DNA of 64,000 nucleotides from Nitrospirota bacterium (GTDB lineage Bacteria; Nitrospirota; UBA9217): NCBI GenBank assembly GCA_963741205.1, contig CAVUHW010000022.1, positions 96,001 to 160,000 of the forward strand, read 5' to 3'. Shown piece by piece: positions 43,501 to 52,413 of this stretch (position 1 is its first letter; each line of letters starts with the position of its first letter). The notes under the pieces were generated by a model. It saw only the letters and a program-made list of their open reading frames with translations, ran no database searches and was not told where the DNA came from. The position numbers and the translations under genes were made by a program.

Positions 43501-44079
43501 GCGCCCCGTGACCTGACGGTGGTTACTGAACGGCAAGCCGGAGTTCGGCGTCCCGCTGTCCACGGCGGTGCCGGTGGTGATGCCCGTAAAATCGGTTTTT
43601 GCGGACACCCTGGGAGCCCGTTTTGTCGAACATATTTTTCACGTAATCGTGCCGGTCCCGAGCTGGGCATCGACGGGGTTAACCTGGAAGAAGGGGAAGT
43701 CATGCTGCGTCAGCGAAAAGTTCGGGCCTACGCTCTGGAAGAGGGACGTGCCCTGACGGCTGATGTCCCTGGAGCAAGCTGGTTTCTGGACCTGACGCTG
43801 ATCGGGTCCGCGCCTGCGCGGTAGTGGCAGGTGGCGCAGCCTGGATGCCGTCGCTCCCCGCCTGCATGTCCCAGAACAGGGCCTTGCCGAGCTTGATGGC
43901 GGCGGCCTTGTCCTTGACGTACGTCGCCAGGTTCGGCGGCTCGGGCACGGCGACCGCGCTCAGCGGAAGCGGGTTCGCGGCAAAGACCGCGCCGCCGGGC
44001 AAGAGCAATGCGCCGATGAGGACGGCACTCAGCAATTTGGCGGCTGTTGAAGATTTTGGCGTATAAGATCGGCTTACAT
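40599..44079 (-). CDS. Secreted di-haem cytochrome c peroxidase/MauG-family protein with Ig-like repeats and a C-terminal dockerin; many indels
   Basis: Signal peptide, LGKALFWD, CATCH (43824-43838), RNTP..N..FWDGRA, CAKCH (42830-42844), PSLRNVELTPPYMHNG, ISATATDLAG-type Ig strands, DALKALRIAVGL..DVADAILILKNAIGL. Confidence 0.8.
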
Positions 44080-44219
44080 ATAAGTATCCTCCAGTTGCTT
44101 CTATTCAATAGCCTGCACGTCAGGAGAAAATGGATTCCCGATAGAAGCATTCGCCCTACATTCGCGCTAACGCACTCATAAACGCTGGGTATAGGCGGGA
44201 ATGACACCTTGATGATAAA

Positions 44220-45796
44220 TCACTGCACCCCGGGATTCAGCGGGGCTGCGTCCTGGCTGTCGATCACGCCGTCGCCGTCCGTGTCCGGGTTGTTCGGGTC
44301 CGTATGGAAGATGTTATATTTCATCGACATCCGTCAAGCCGTCGCCGTCCGTGTCCACCGAAAGATCGCTCGTGCCGAGGAGGCGCTCCTGCCGCGAGAA
44401 GATGCCGTCGCCGTCCTTGTCTTCCATGTACACGAGGTAGAGCGTATCGCCCGCCTTGAGCAGGATGTTCTCGAAATCGAAATCCTGCTCAAGGAAGTTG
44501 AATCTGAATACCTTCTTGTTCGGACCGTTGCCCCGGGTCTGGACGAGGAGCCAGAAGGAGTTCTTCCCCTTGTCCGCCCGGACATTGGGGTCGCTCCTGA
44601 GATCAAGGAGACCGACCTTCTGCTGGCCGCCGTAATCGATGGGCCCCGCCTCAAAGGGGATATGGAGGATGTCCCGAAGCGCGTGGCCCGCCGTGATGCC
44701 GGGACTGTGCGGGTCGGCGTTCGTCGCGACCAGGTACCGCTCGGGATTGCGGAGCCCGGCGTAGTCGATGACGATCTGGGCGGTCCTTGCATTGATATCC
44801 TGGAATTTGAAGGCAAACGGCACGCCGTCTGCATCGAGCAGTTCGAGGCCCGCGACCGTGACGATGATCGACTTGGCGTCCCGCAGGAGCTGTTTTAGCC
44901 GCTTCCAGATCGAGCGTGGCATTCACATAGACCACCGCAGGAAACTTCGCTCCCGGCGGAAGTACGTACGGAGGGTAAGGATCGTAGAATGGGTCCACGG
45001 TATCCGGGACCAGGTTGGCGATGGGAAGGAGCTTGCCGGGATGGGAGGGGTCCGGTATGAGACGGAGAGAACAAGGGTCACGACCTGGAAGGCGACGTTC
45101 CCCCTGTTCTCGATCTCCACCGTAAACTTTATCAGGCCGCCGCTCGCGGAGATCGATGCGGTCCACTTCGAATGCCTCTATCTCCGTCAGGGCCTCCCGG
45201 TTTTCCATCGGACTGCTTCCTCGGTGAAATCGAGTTCCACCGACTCGGACATGGTTTTGCTGATATCGAATCGGTCAACGTGACATCGCCCGCCACGCCG
45301 CTGCTGAACGTGGTGTCCTGGGCCGTGTCCTGCGCCAGGGAGGTCGATTCCGTGACGGTCTCCGTGACGTTCTGGATAACGTCGACCGTGGTCTGCTTGG
45401 TCCGGTCCACCTCGAAGGTCTTCGTCACGGCGAGCTCATCGGTCAGGAAGAGGCGGATGCTCGGCGCGCTCCTGAGGACGATGCCGATTCTGGGGACGTC
45501 GGCGACGAGCGGATTGAACTTGTAGGGGTTGACAGTCGGGTCGAAGCCGAGCTCGCTCGAGCTCGTCCGTCGTCGCTGATGCCGTCGCCGTCTGTGTCCG
45601 CGAGCACGGGAGACGTCCCGTTCAGGAGTTCCTGGTTATCGGTCAGACCGTCTCCGTCCGTGTCCAGGGAATCGGCTGCGCTGGAGGCCTTCGACTTTGC
45701 TGACAAGGGATTGTCTACCACGCCGTAGCAGGCCGATAAGAGGAAGAGGCACGACAGAGTCAATATTGTCAGCAGAGCAGACGATCGCTTTTTCAT
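44220..45796 (-). CDS. Lipoprotein with DxDGDG Ca-binding repeats and a protective-antigen/binary-toxin-B-like core (paralog 2); indels
   Basis: LSAC lipobox, DTDGDG repeats, NPLVADVP, long Thr/Ser/Val alternating hairpin, VEIENRGNVAFQV and TAQIVIDY..ERYLVA..GITAGHALRDIL. Confidence 0.7.
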
Positions 45797-45806
45797 GATC
45801 TTCCCC

Positions 45807-47359
45807 TTACTGTACGCTCGGATCGAGCGGAGCAGCGTCGATGCTGTCGATCACGCCGTCGCCGTCGGTGTCCGGGTTGTTGGGGTCCGTATGGAAGACG
45901 TATATTTCATCGAAGTCCGTCAAGCCGTCCCCGTCCGAGTCCGCCGAGAGATCGCTCGTGCCGAGCAGGCGCTCCTGCCGCGAGAATATGCCGTCGCCGT
46001 CCTTGTCTTCCATGTACACGAGATAGAGCGTATCTCCGCCCCTGAGCAGGATGTTCTCGAAATCAAAATCCCCTGCACGCGGATCGAACCTGGTGACCAC
46101 GTTTCCCAGGCCGTTGTTCCGGATCTGGACGACCAGCCAGAAGGCGTTTTTTGACGGGTTCGCCCGGACATTGGGGTCGTTCCTTAGGCCGATCAGCGAG
46201 GCCGGACATCTGCCGTCTCGAAGGGGATACGGAGGATGTCCCGAAGCGCCCTGCCGGCCGTGACGCCGGGATTGAGCGGATCGGCGTTGGCCGCGACGAA
46301 GTACTGCTCGGGAAGGCGTTGCCCGGCATAGTCGATGACGATCAGGGCGTCCCTTGCCACGATATCCGTGAAATTGAAGCCGAAGGGCATGCCGTCGACA
46401 TCGGAGAGTTCGAAGGTCGCTATTGTGATGATGAGCTCTCCGGGGTTTCTCAGCACCAGTTTTGCGACCTCAAGGTCAAGGATATCGTTGACGAAATTGA
46501 CGGCCGGAAAGACCCCGCCCGGCGGGATGGTGAATGACGGGAAACCCGTGTAATTGTGCGACGTGTCGTAGACCAGGTTGCCGACCGGGAAAGAACTTGC
46601 CCGGATTGGAGGGGTCCGGGATGATGGCGGAAAGGACAATGTGGTCGACCCGGAAGGGGATGTTGCCCAGGTTTGCAATGTCCACTACAACCCTCAGGTC
46701 GCCGCCGCTCGCGGCGATCTCCCTGCGTCTCGGAAAACGCCTCGATCTCGGTGATCGCCTGAACATTTTCCACGGTCTGGGTCTTCGAGAAGCTGAAGGA
46801 CACATCCTGGGTCATGGTCTTGCTGATGTCATAGGAGATCGTGGTATCCCCCGGCACGCCGTTCGTGAACGTGGTGGCGTTGGGAAGCGGTCTGCGACAG
46901 CTCGATCGTGTCCACGACGCTGTCCGTGACCGCTCTGGTCAACGGCCACCGCGTTCTCCACGGTCCGGTCCACCTCGAAGACCTTCGATACCGCGAGGGT
47001 GTCGGTCAGGATCAGATGCATGACCGGCGGGCTTCTGAGGATGACGCCCAGCCGGGGGATGTCGGCGACGAGCGGATTGAACAATACGGGATCGATCTCC
47101 GGGTCGAAGCCGAGCTCATGATCTCCGTCTGCGTCGCTGATGCCGTCGCCGTCCGTGTCCGCGAGCACGGGGGATGTCCCATCCAGCGAGCTCCAGATCG
47201 TCAACGAGACCGTCACCGTCCGTGTCCGCAGTACCCGACGACGTGTCCGCGGATTTCCTCGCGAAGGGATTGGAGATAGCCGTGTTGGAGCAGGCCGAGA
47301 AGAGGATTAGACTCGGACAGCATGAATAACAACAGAATGGCAGACAATGGTTTTTTCAT
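45807..47359 (-). CDS. Lipoprotein with DxDGDG repeats and a protective-antigen/binary-toxin-B-like core (paralog 1); indels
   Basis: MKKPLSAILLL..FSAC lipobox, NPLVADIP, VDIANLGNIPFRV and DALIVIDY..EQYFVA..GVTAGRALRDIL; near-identical C-terminal DNA to paralog 2. Confidence 0.7.
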
Positions 47360-47414
47360 AATTCTTCCCCTTGAGTGAGATTGTTTATGAGTGACATGTG
47401 ACGATCATACACTA

Positions 47415-47430
47415 AGCAATAGCTATGCCA
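47415..47430 (-). promoter_or_regulatory. Sigma-54 (-24/-12) promoter
   Basis: Minus strand TGGCATAGCTATTGCT = GG-N10-GC, 56 bp upstream of ATG 47359, with an AT-rich tract further upstream. Confidence 0.75.
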
Positions 47431-48066
47431 GCGTCTATTTATTTTTGCATCATTAATTTATTCATAATGTTACAAAATAGAGGTGGAGGTACATAATACA
47501 ATTTAGCTGGTTCGTTTTGGGTACTTCTACCCATTTTGAATTAATAAAAAAGCATGTATAAATTGTGGCTGTAGAATGGATCGATACGGTGATGATAATA
47601 AAGTTCGAGCAACCAATAATACTAATACCTTAGATGGATAAAGTCCCTTTATTAACTCTTTTTTGCTGACTGTTATTATTCTGACTTATTATGGAACCCA
47701 ATTAAGAATGTTTACAATCTACTTAGCTGAGAGAAATAAAGCAATAGAAATATTTTTCTGAATTCATTCTATTTCCTATACTCCTGTCGCCAGATTTTGC
47801 AAGGCGCCTGAAGCGGCGTTCTTGACAAAATACAGGATGTGCTCTATCTTTTTTTCAGGGGGAGGTTTTTCCCCGGATGGTGATTCGGAAATCGCCCTCT
47901 TGTGAACAAACAACGGAAGGAGGAAGCGCAGGCAAGAGAGACGGATGCGGGACGCAGGATGGATACATCTATCCAGTATCATGAATCATACATCGTTCCT
48001 CGAGAATGTTGCAGAGGAGATAATGCATTATGCATGAGATTAAATGAGTGAGGAGGGGGAAACGGC

Positions 48067-48597
48067 ATGGAACGATCAAGGATAATAACCATGAAGGGTA
48101 AACCGCTCACTCTCATCGGTCCGGACATCAAGACCGGTGACGAGGCGCCGGATTTTACGGTAATAGACGAGAGGCTCAACGAGGTCAGTCTCAGGGACTT
48201 TGCGGGAAAAACGAAGGTCATCAGCGTTACGCCGTCGCTCGATACGCCGGTGTGCGACCTGCAGCTTAGGCGGTTCAACCGCGAGGCGGCCTCGATGCCT
48301 CAGGACGTTGTTCTGCTCAATATCAGCATGGACCTTCCCTTTGCCATCAGCCGCTTCTGCTCGATGGCAGGCATCGACCAGGCAAAGGCGTTGTCGGATC
48401 ACCGGGACGCGTCGTTCGGGACAGCCTATGGTGTGCTCATCAAGGAGCTGCGGCTTCTGGCGCGGTCCATCTTCATCATCGACAAAAACAACATCGTGAG
48501 GTACAAGGAGATTGTGGCGGAGCAGTCGAACCATCCTGATTATGAGAAGGCGCTCAAGATGCTGCGCGAGGTCACGGCCAAGACAAAGGCAGCGTGA
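48067..48597 (+). CDS. tpx: Thiol peroxidase (atypical 2-Cys peroxiredoxin)
   Basis: PSLDTPVC, ISMDLPFA..RFC, LLARS and HPDYE motifs. Confidence 0.95.
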   Translation: MERSRIITMKGKPLTLIGPDIKTGDEAPDFTVIDERLNEVSLRDFAGKTKVISVTPSLDTPVCDLQLRRFNREAASMPQDVVLLNISMDLPFAISRFCSMAGIDQAKALSDHRDASFGTAYGVLIKELRLLARSIFIIDKNNIVRYKEIVAEQSNHPDYEKALKMLREVTAKTKAA

Positions 48598-48626
48598 TGC
48601 GTGAGGAAGGGAAGCGGTGAAAAGAA

Positions 48627-48663
48627 GAAAGGCAGGTCCCCTGTTCGGAGACCTGCCTTTTTG
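48627..48663. terminator. Bidirectional terminator between tpx and cspA
   Basis: aaaggcaggtc...gacctgcctttt. Confidence 0.75.
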
Positions 48664-48676
48664 AGGTTTGAGACGC

Positions 48677-48877
48677 TTAGAGTTTTACGACATTCGCTGC
48701 TTTTGGGCCCTTGGGGCTGTCAACAACGTCGAATGTCACGTTCTGACCTTCGGAAAGCGACTTGAAGCCGCTGTCCTGAATGTCGGAAAAGTGGACAAAA
48801 ACATCTCCGCCGTCTTCTTTGGTAATGAATCCAAATCCCTTGGAATCATTGAACCACTTAACGGTGCCTTTTGCCAT
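48677..48877 (-). CDS. cspA: Cold-shock protein
   Basis: GTVKWFN, KGFGFI and DVFVHFS motifs. Confidence 0.95.
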   Translation of the reverse strand: MAKGTVKWFNDSKGFGFITKEDGGDVFVHFSDIQDSGFKSLSEGQNVTFDVVDSPKGPKAANVVKL

Positions 48878-49161
48878 TACAGGTTGAACCTCCTTCTGTG
48901 GATATTGAAGATTGCGGAAATGTCATAAAAAAAGCCGCAAAGCGTAAATCTTTGCGACCTCTTCCCAACAAAGACTTCCGAACTTCGGGTCAATTTTCAC
49001 ACAAGCCGCGGGAATTGTCAAGCATTTTTTATCGATGCTATCGCCCTCAGAAAGCGCATGTCCGGTGTGCAGGAGAATCTCTCCTGTTTTGCCTCTCCAT
49101 GCCATTTCTAGTATACTTGATTTCGAGAGGCGAATAAAACGCAGAGATGAAAGGAACCAAC

Positions 49162-51015
49162 ATGGCCCGAACAGCTTCGCGAACGCACAAGACGTCCAGA
49201 GCGGCCTTGAAAATAGGCCGGACCGCCTGGGACCTTGATCCGCTCTTTACGGGCGACAACGATCCGCGGATGGAACAGAAAAGGAAGATCGTCGAGCGAA
49301 AGGGCCGTCGAGTTCATCAACGCCTGGAAGGACCGGACGGATTATCTGGAAGACCCCGCGGTCCTGCGTCTGGCGCTGGACCAGTACGAATCATGGAAGC
49401 GCCGGTACGGCTCCGACGGCGATGAGGGATATTATTTCTGGCTCCGCACCCAGCAGGACCAGAACGACCCGAAGCTCAAGGCCCGGTTCAACAAGATCGA
49501 GGAGTTCAGCAAGAAGATCGAAAACGATATCCAGTTCTTTTACCTCCGCATCGCGAGGATCAAACCGGAAGCCCAGCGGCTGTTTCTGCGAGGACGGCGG
49601 TCTGGCGAAATACCGGCACTTCCTCGAGCGCATCTTTGCAGAAGCCCGCTTTCACCTGAGCGAGCCCGAGGAAAAGATCCTGAACCTCAAGTCGGCGACA
49701 TCGTACTCGAACTGGACGAGAATGACCTCCGGGTTCCTTTCCCGGGAAGAGCGCGCCGTGTCGGCGAAGACGGACTGAAGAAAGTCAGGTCCTTCTCGGA
49801 GATCGTCGGGATGATGAACAGCAAGGTCAAGCAGGCGCGCGATTCGGCGGCAGCGGCGTTCAATGACATCCTGCAAAAGAACGTCGAGGTCGCCGAGGCG
49901 GAGCTCAATTCCGTTCTGGCAGAACAAGAAGATCGATGACGAGCTCCGCGGCACGCCCCGGCCCGACACCCTGAGGCACCTGGCGGACGACATCGAGAGC
50001 GAGGTCGTGGACGCCCTGATCGATTCCGTCGCGCGGCGCTTCGACATCCCGTCGCGGTACTACGAGCTCAAGGCAAAGCTGCTCAAGGTGAAACTGCTTC
50101 AGTACCACGAGCGGAACGTCGAATACGGTGTCGTCGCCAGGCGGTATCCCTACGCGCAGTCAATAAACCTTGTCTACCGGGTGATGGATAAACTCGACGG
50201 CCGGTTCGGCGATATCTTTGCGGGGTTCGTCAAGAACGGACAGATCGACGCCTACCCCCGGAAGGGCAAGGACAGCGGCGCCTTCTGCATGCATCATCTC
50301 CTGATCCAGCCCACGTATATCCTCTTGAACCACACCGGAAAATTGCACGACGTCCTGACCATCGCCCACGAGCTGGGCCACGGCATCAACAACGAGCTCA
50401 TCCGCGAAAAGCAGCATGCCCTCGATTTCGGCACGCCCACCTCGACGGCCGAGGTCGCGAGCACCTTCATGGAAGATTTCGTGCTCGACGAGATCCTCAC
50501 GACAGCGGACGACGAACTGCGGCTCGCCATCATGGTGCAGAAACTGAACGACGACGTCTCGTCCATCTTCCGCCAGGTCGCCTGCTACCGGTTCGAGCAG
50601 GAACTGCATGCCGACGTTCCGCGCGAAAGGGTATCTGTCGAAGGAAGAGATCGGGAAGCTCTTTCAGAAGCACATGGCGGCGTACATGGGAAAGGCCGTA
50701 GAGCAGTCGGCGGGGTCGGAGAACTGGTGGGTCTACTGGAGTCATATCCGGTATTTCTTTTACGTCTATTCCTACGCGAGCGGGCTCTTGATCTCGAAGT
50801 CGCTCCAGAATTCGGTGAAGCAGGACCCGGCGTTCATCATCAAGGTAAAGGAATTTCTGTCCGCGGGATTGTCGGATTCCCCGAAGAACATCTTCCACCG
50901 GCTCGGCATAGACATATCGGACAGGCAGTTCTGGAACAAGGGGCTGGACGAGGTGGAGAAACTGCTCGATGAGGCGGAGATTCTTGCGAGGAAACTGGAA
51001 AAGATTAAGAAGTAA
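49162..51015 (+). CDS. M3B oligoendopeptidase F; several indels
   Basis: WDLDPL, GKDSGAF, AHELGH zinc motif, AEVAS and FYVYSYA. Confidence 0.9.
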
Positions 51016-51083
51016 TGGCGGGGTGGATCCCGATTTAATCGGGACGACCTTCCTGGTTTGTCGGGACGTTCTAATCTGCTGAC
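51016..51083 (-). repeat. tRNA-Asp-derived mimic with anticodon and T arms replaced by TCCCGA palindromes
   Basis: Minus strand: TCAGCAGATTAGAACG-TCCCGACAAACCAGGA-AGGTCG-TCCCGATTAAATCGGGA-TCCACCCCGCCA, compared with the adjacent tRNA-Asp. Confidence 0.7.
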
Positions 51084-51322
51084 TTTATTATCTTCATCAG
51101 AAGATCTTTCCTGTGGAGTGATTTCAATTCATTTTCCCTTTTTACTGCATCTGATCTAGTGTCAAATGTTTCGTTGTAAAGCAACTTCCAGGGTCTCTTT
51201 GATTTTGTATAATTCGATCTCCCCTGGTTATGTCTTATCAGCCGTGCTTTCAGGTTTGAGGTTTGTCCTACATAGAAGGAGTGATCCACTTCGCTTTGGA
51301 GAATATACACTTGGAAGGACAT
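51071..51322 (-). CDS. GIY-YIG nuclease family protein
   Basis: VYILQS..FYVGQT..RLIRHN..YTK..RPW..E..LK; AT-rich. Confidence 0.9.
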   Translation of the reverse strand: MSFQVYILQSEVDHSFYVGQTSNLKARLIRHNQGRSNYTKSKRPWKLLYNETFDTRSDAVKRENELKSLHRKDLLMKIIKSAD

Positions 51323-51341
51323 ATCTATGAAAGAGGAAAAT

Positions 51342-51418
51342 TGGCGGGGCGGACGGGGCTCGAACCCGCGACCTCTAGCGTGACAGGCTAGCGTTCTAAC
51401 CAGCTGAACTACCACCCC
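51342..51418 (-). tRNA. tRNA-Asp(GTC)
   Basis: 77 nt cloverleaf GGGGTGG...CTGTCAC...GTTCGAG...CCGCCCCGCCA. Confidence 0.96.
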
Positions 51419-51460
51419 ATATACAGGAGTTACTACAACAACTTATTGAAAATAAACTTC

Positions 51461-51518
51461 TGAACCCGCGACCTTCCCGACTTGTCGGGACGTTCTAACC
51501 AGCTGAACTACCACCCCA
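51461..51518 (-). repeat. Truncated tRNA-Asp copy with palindromic replacement of the anticodon arm
   Basis: GGGGTGGTAGTTCAGCTGGTTAGAACG identical to the tRNA, then TCCCGACAAGTCGGGA, then AGGTCGCGGGTTC. Confidence 0.8.
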
Positions 51519-51596
51519 ATTGAACTTAGTACAGAGTTCTGAGTTCAAAGTTCAGAGTGAAAAAACGAGCAGTTTGTACTCTGAACGTAGTATTTC

Positions 51597-51672
51597 TGGT
51601 AGGCGGAACAGGGATCGAACCTGTGACCCCAGCCTTGTAAGGGCTGTGCTCTCCCAGCTGAGCTATCCGCCC
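51597..51672 (-). tRNA. tRNA-Val(TAC)
   Basis: 76 nt cloverleaf GGGCGGA...CTTACAA...GTTCGAT...TCCGCCTACCA. Confidence 0.96.
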
Positions 51673-51789
51673 GGTTCCAACCGCTTGGAAAAAGTAATAT
51701 CTATTATTCCGTTGAAAATGTCAAGCGAAATCTAAAATAACGGACCAGGGGCCAGGCGGCCAAAGCCGGGAAAACCTCTATTAAATCAC

Positions 51790-52263
51790 TCATTTTTTCA
51801 GCGCCGGCCCGAGCAGGAGCAGGACGGCGCCGTCCGCGAAGAGCAGCAGGTTGAGCGACATGCTGGCAGCGTGCAGCCGGGCAAATTGCTTCCGCATCGG
51901 CGAGTCAGGCGATTCACGCTCAAAAGAGGTAATTTGCTGTTTCACCTTCACCGTGGCAGGATAAATCTTGAACGCAACCGAGGCGCTGATGATGAGAGCC
52001 GCGATCAAAAGAAAAAATGAGATCCGGGCGGGAGGGCTCGATTGATCTCCGGCGACGGTAAAAAAGAGGATGAATGCCAATACCGCGAGAACGAGGTTAT
52101 AGAGAAAATATCCCGGAAACAATTTTCCCACGATCTGGCCCGCCATGTCCCGCCCATAGGATTTGAAGATCGCAGGGGTGACGACGAACGTGAAAATAGC
52201 AATGCCGCCCACCAGGAGGGCGAGGATGATATTGTAAAAAGAAAACCAGGTCAGCTTCATCAT
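51790..52263 (-). CDS. DUF4149/TMEM205-like membrane protein
   Basis: VTPAIF, AGQIVGKLFPGY and FARLHAASMSLN; four TM helices. Confidence 0.8.
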   Translation of the reverse strand: MMKLTWFSFYNIILALLVGGIAIFTFVVTPAIFKSYGRDMAGQIVGKLFPGYFLYNLVLAVLAFILFFTVAGDQSSPPARISFFLLIAALIISASVAFKIYPATVKVKQQITSFERESPDSPMRKQFARLHAASMSLNLLLFADGAVLLLLGPALKK

Positions 52264-52277
52264 TCTCCCTTTCCTCG

Positions 52278-52363
52278 GTCATCCCCGAGCGTTACTATCG
52301 GGGATCCGGTGTTGCTACCCTTGTTCTGAGAACCGGATTCCCGATTAGGGCTTCGGGAATGAC
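52278..52363. repeat. REP/MITE-like double-hairpin element (GTCAT..ATGAC termini)
   Basis: gtcatccccga..tcggggatccggt...accggattcccga..tcgggaatgac. Confidence 0.7.
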
Positions 52364-52413
52364 AGTTTCTTGCCGCAGGGGCGTTGTTTTCGTCCCATGA
52401 CGAGGAGGTTATT

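Noticed and set aside
44220-47359. Classical AB binary toxin locus
   Set aside because: No ADP-ribosyltransferase or other A component seen, and both proteins carry lipoboxes and lack PA14 and receptor domains
51323-51415. N-terminal extension of the GIY-YIG ORF in the supplied track
   Set aside because: It runs through tRNA-Asp; the real start is ATG 51322
51016-51672. Prophage/ICE att site or CRISPR array at the tRNA repeats
   Set aside because: No integrase, phage or cas genes; the repeats are tRNA-derived and not regularly spaced
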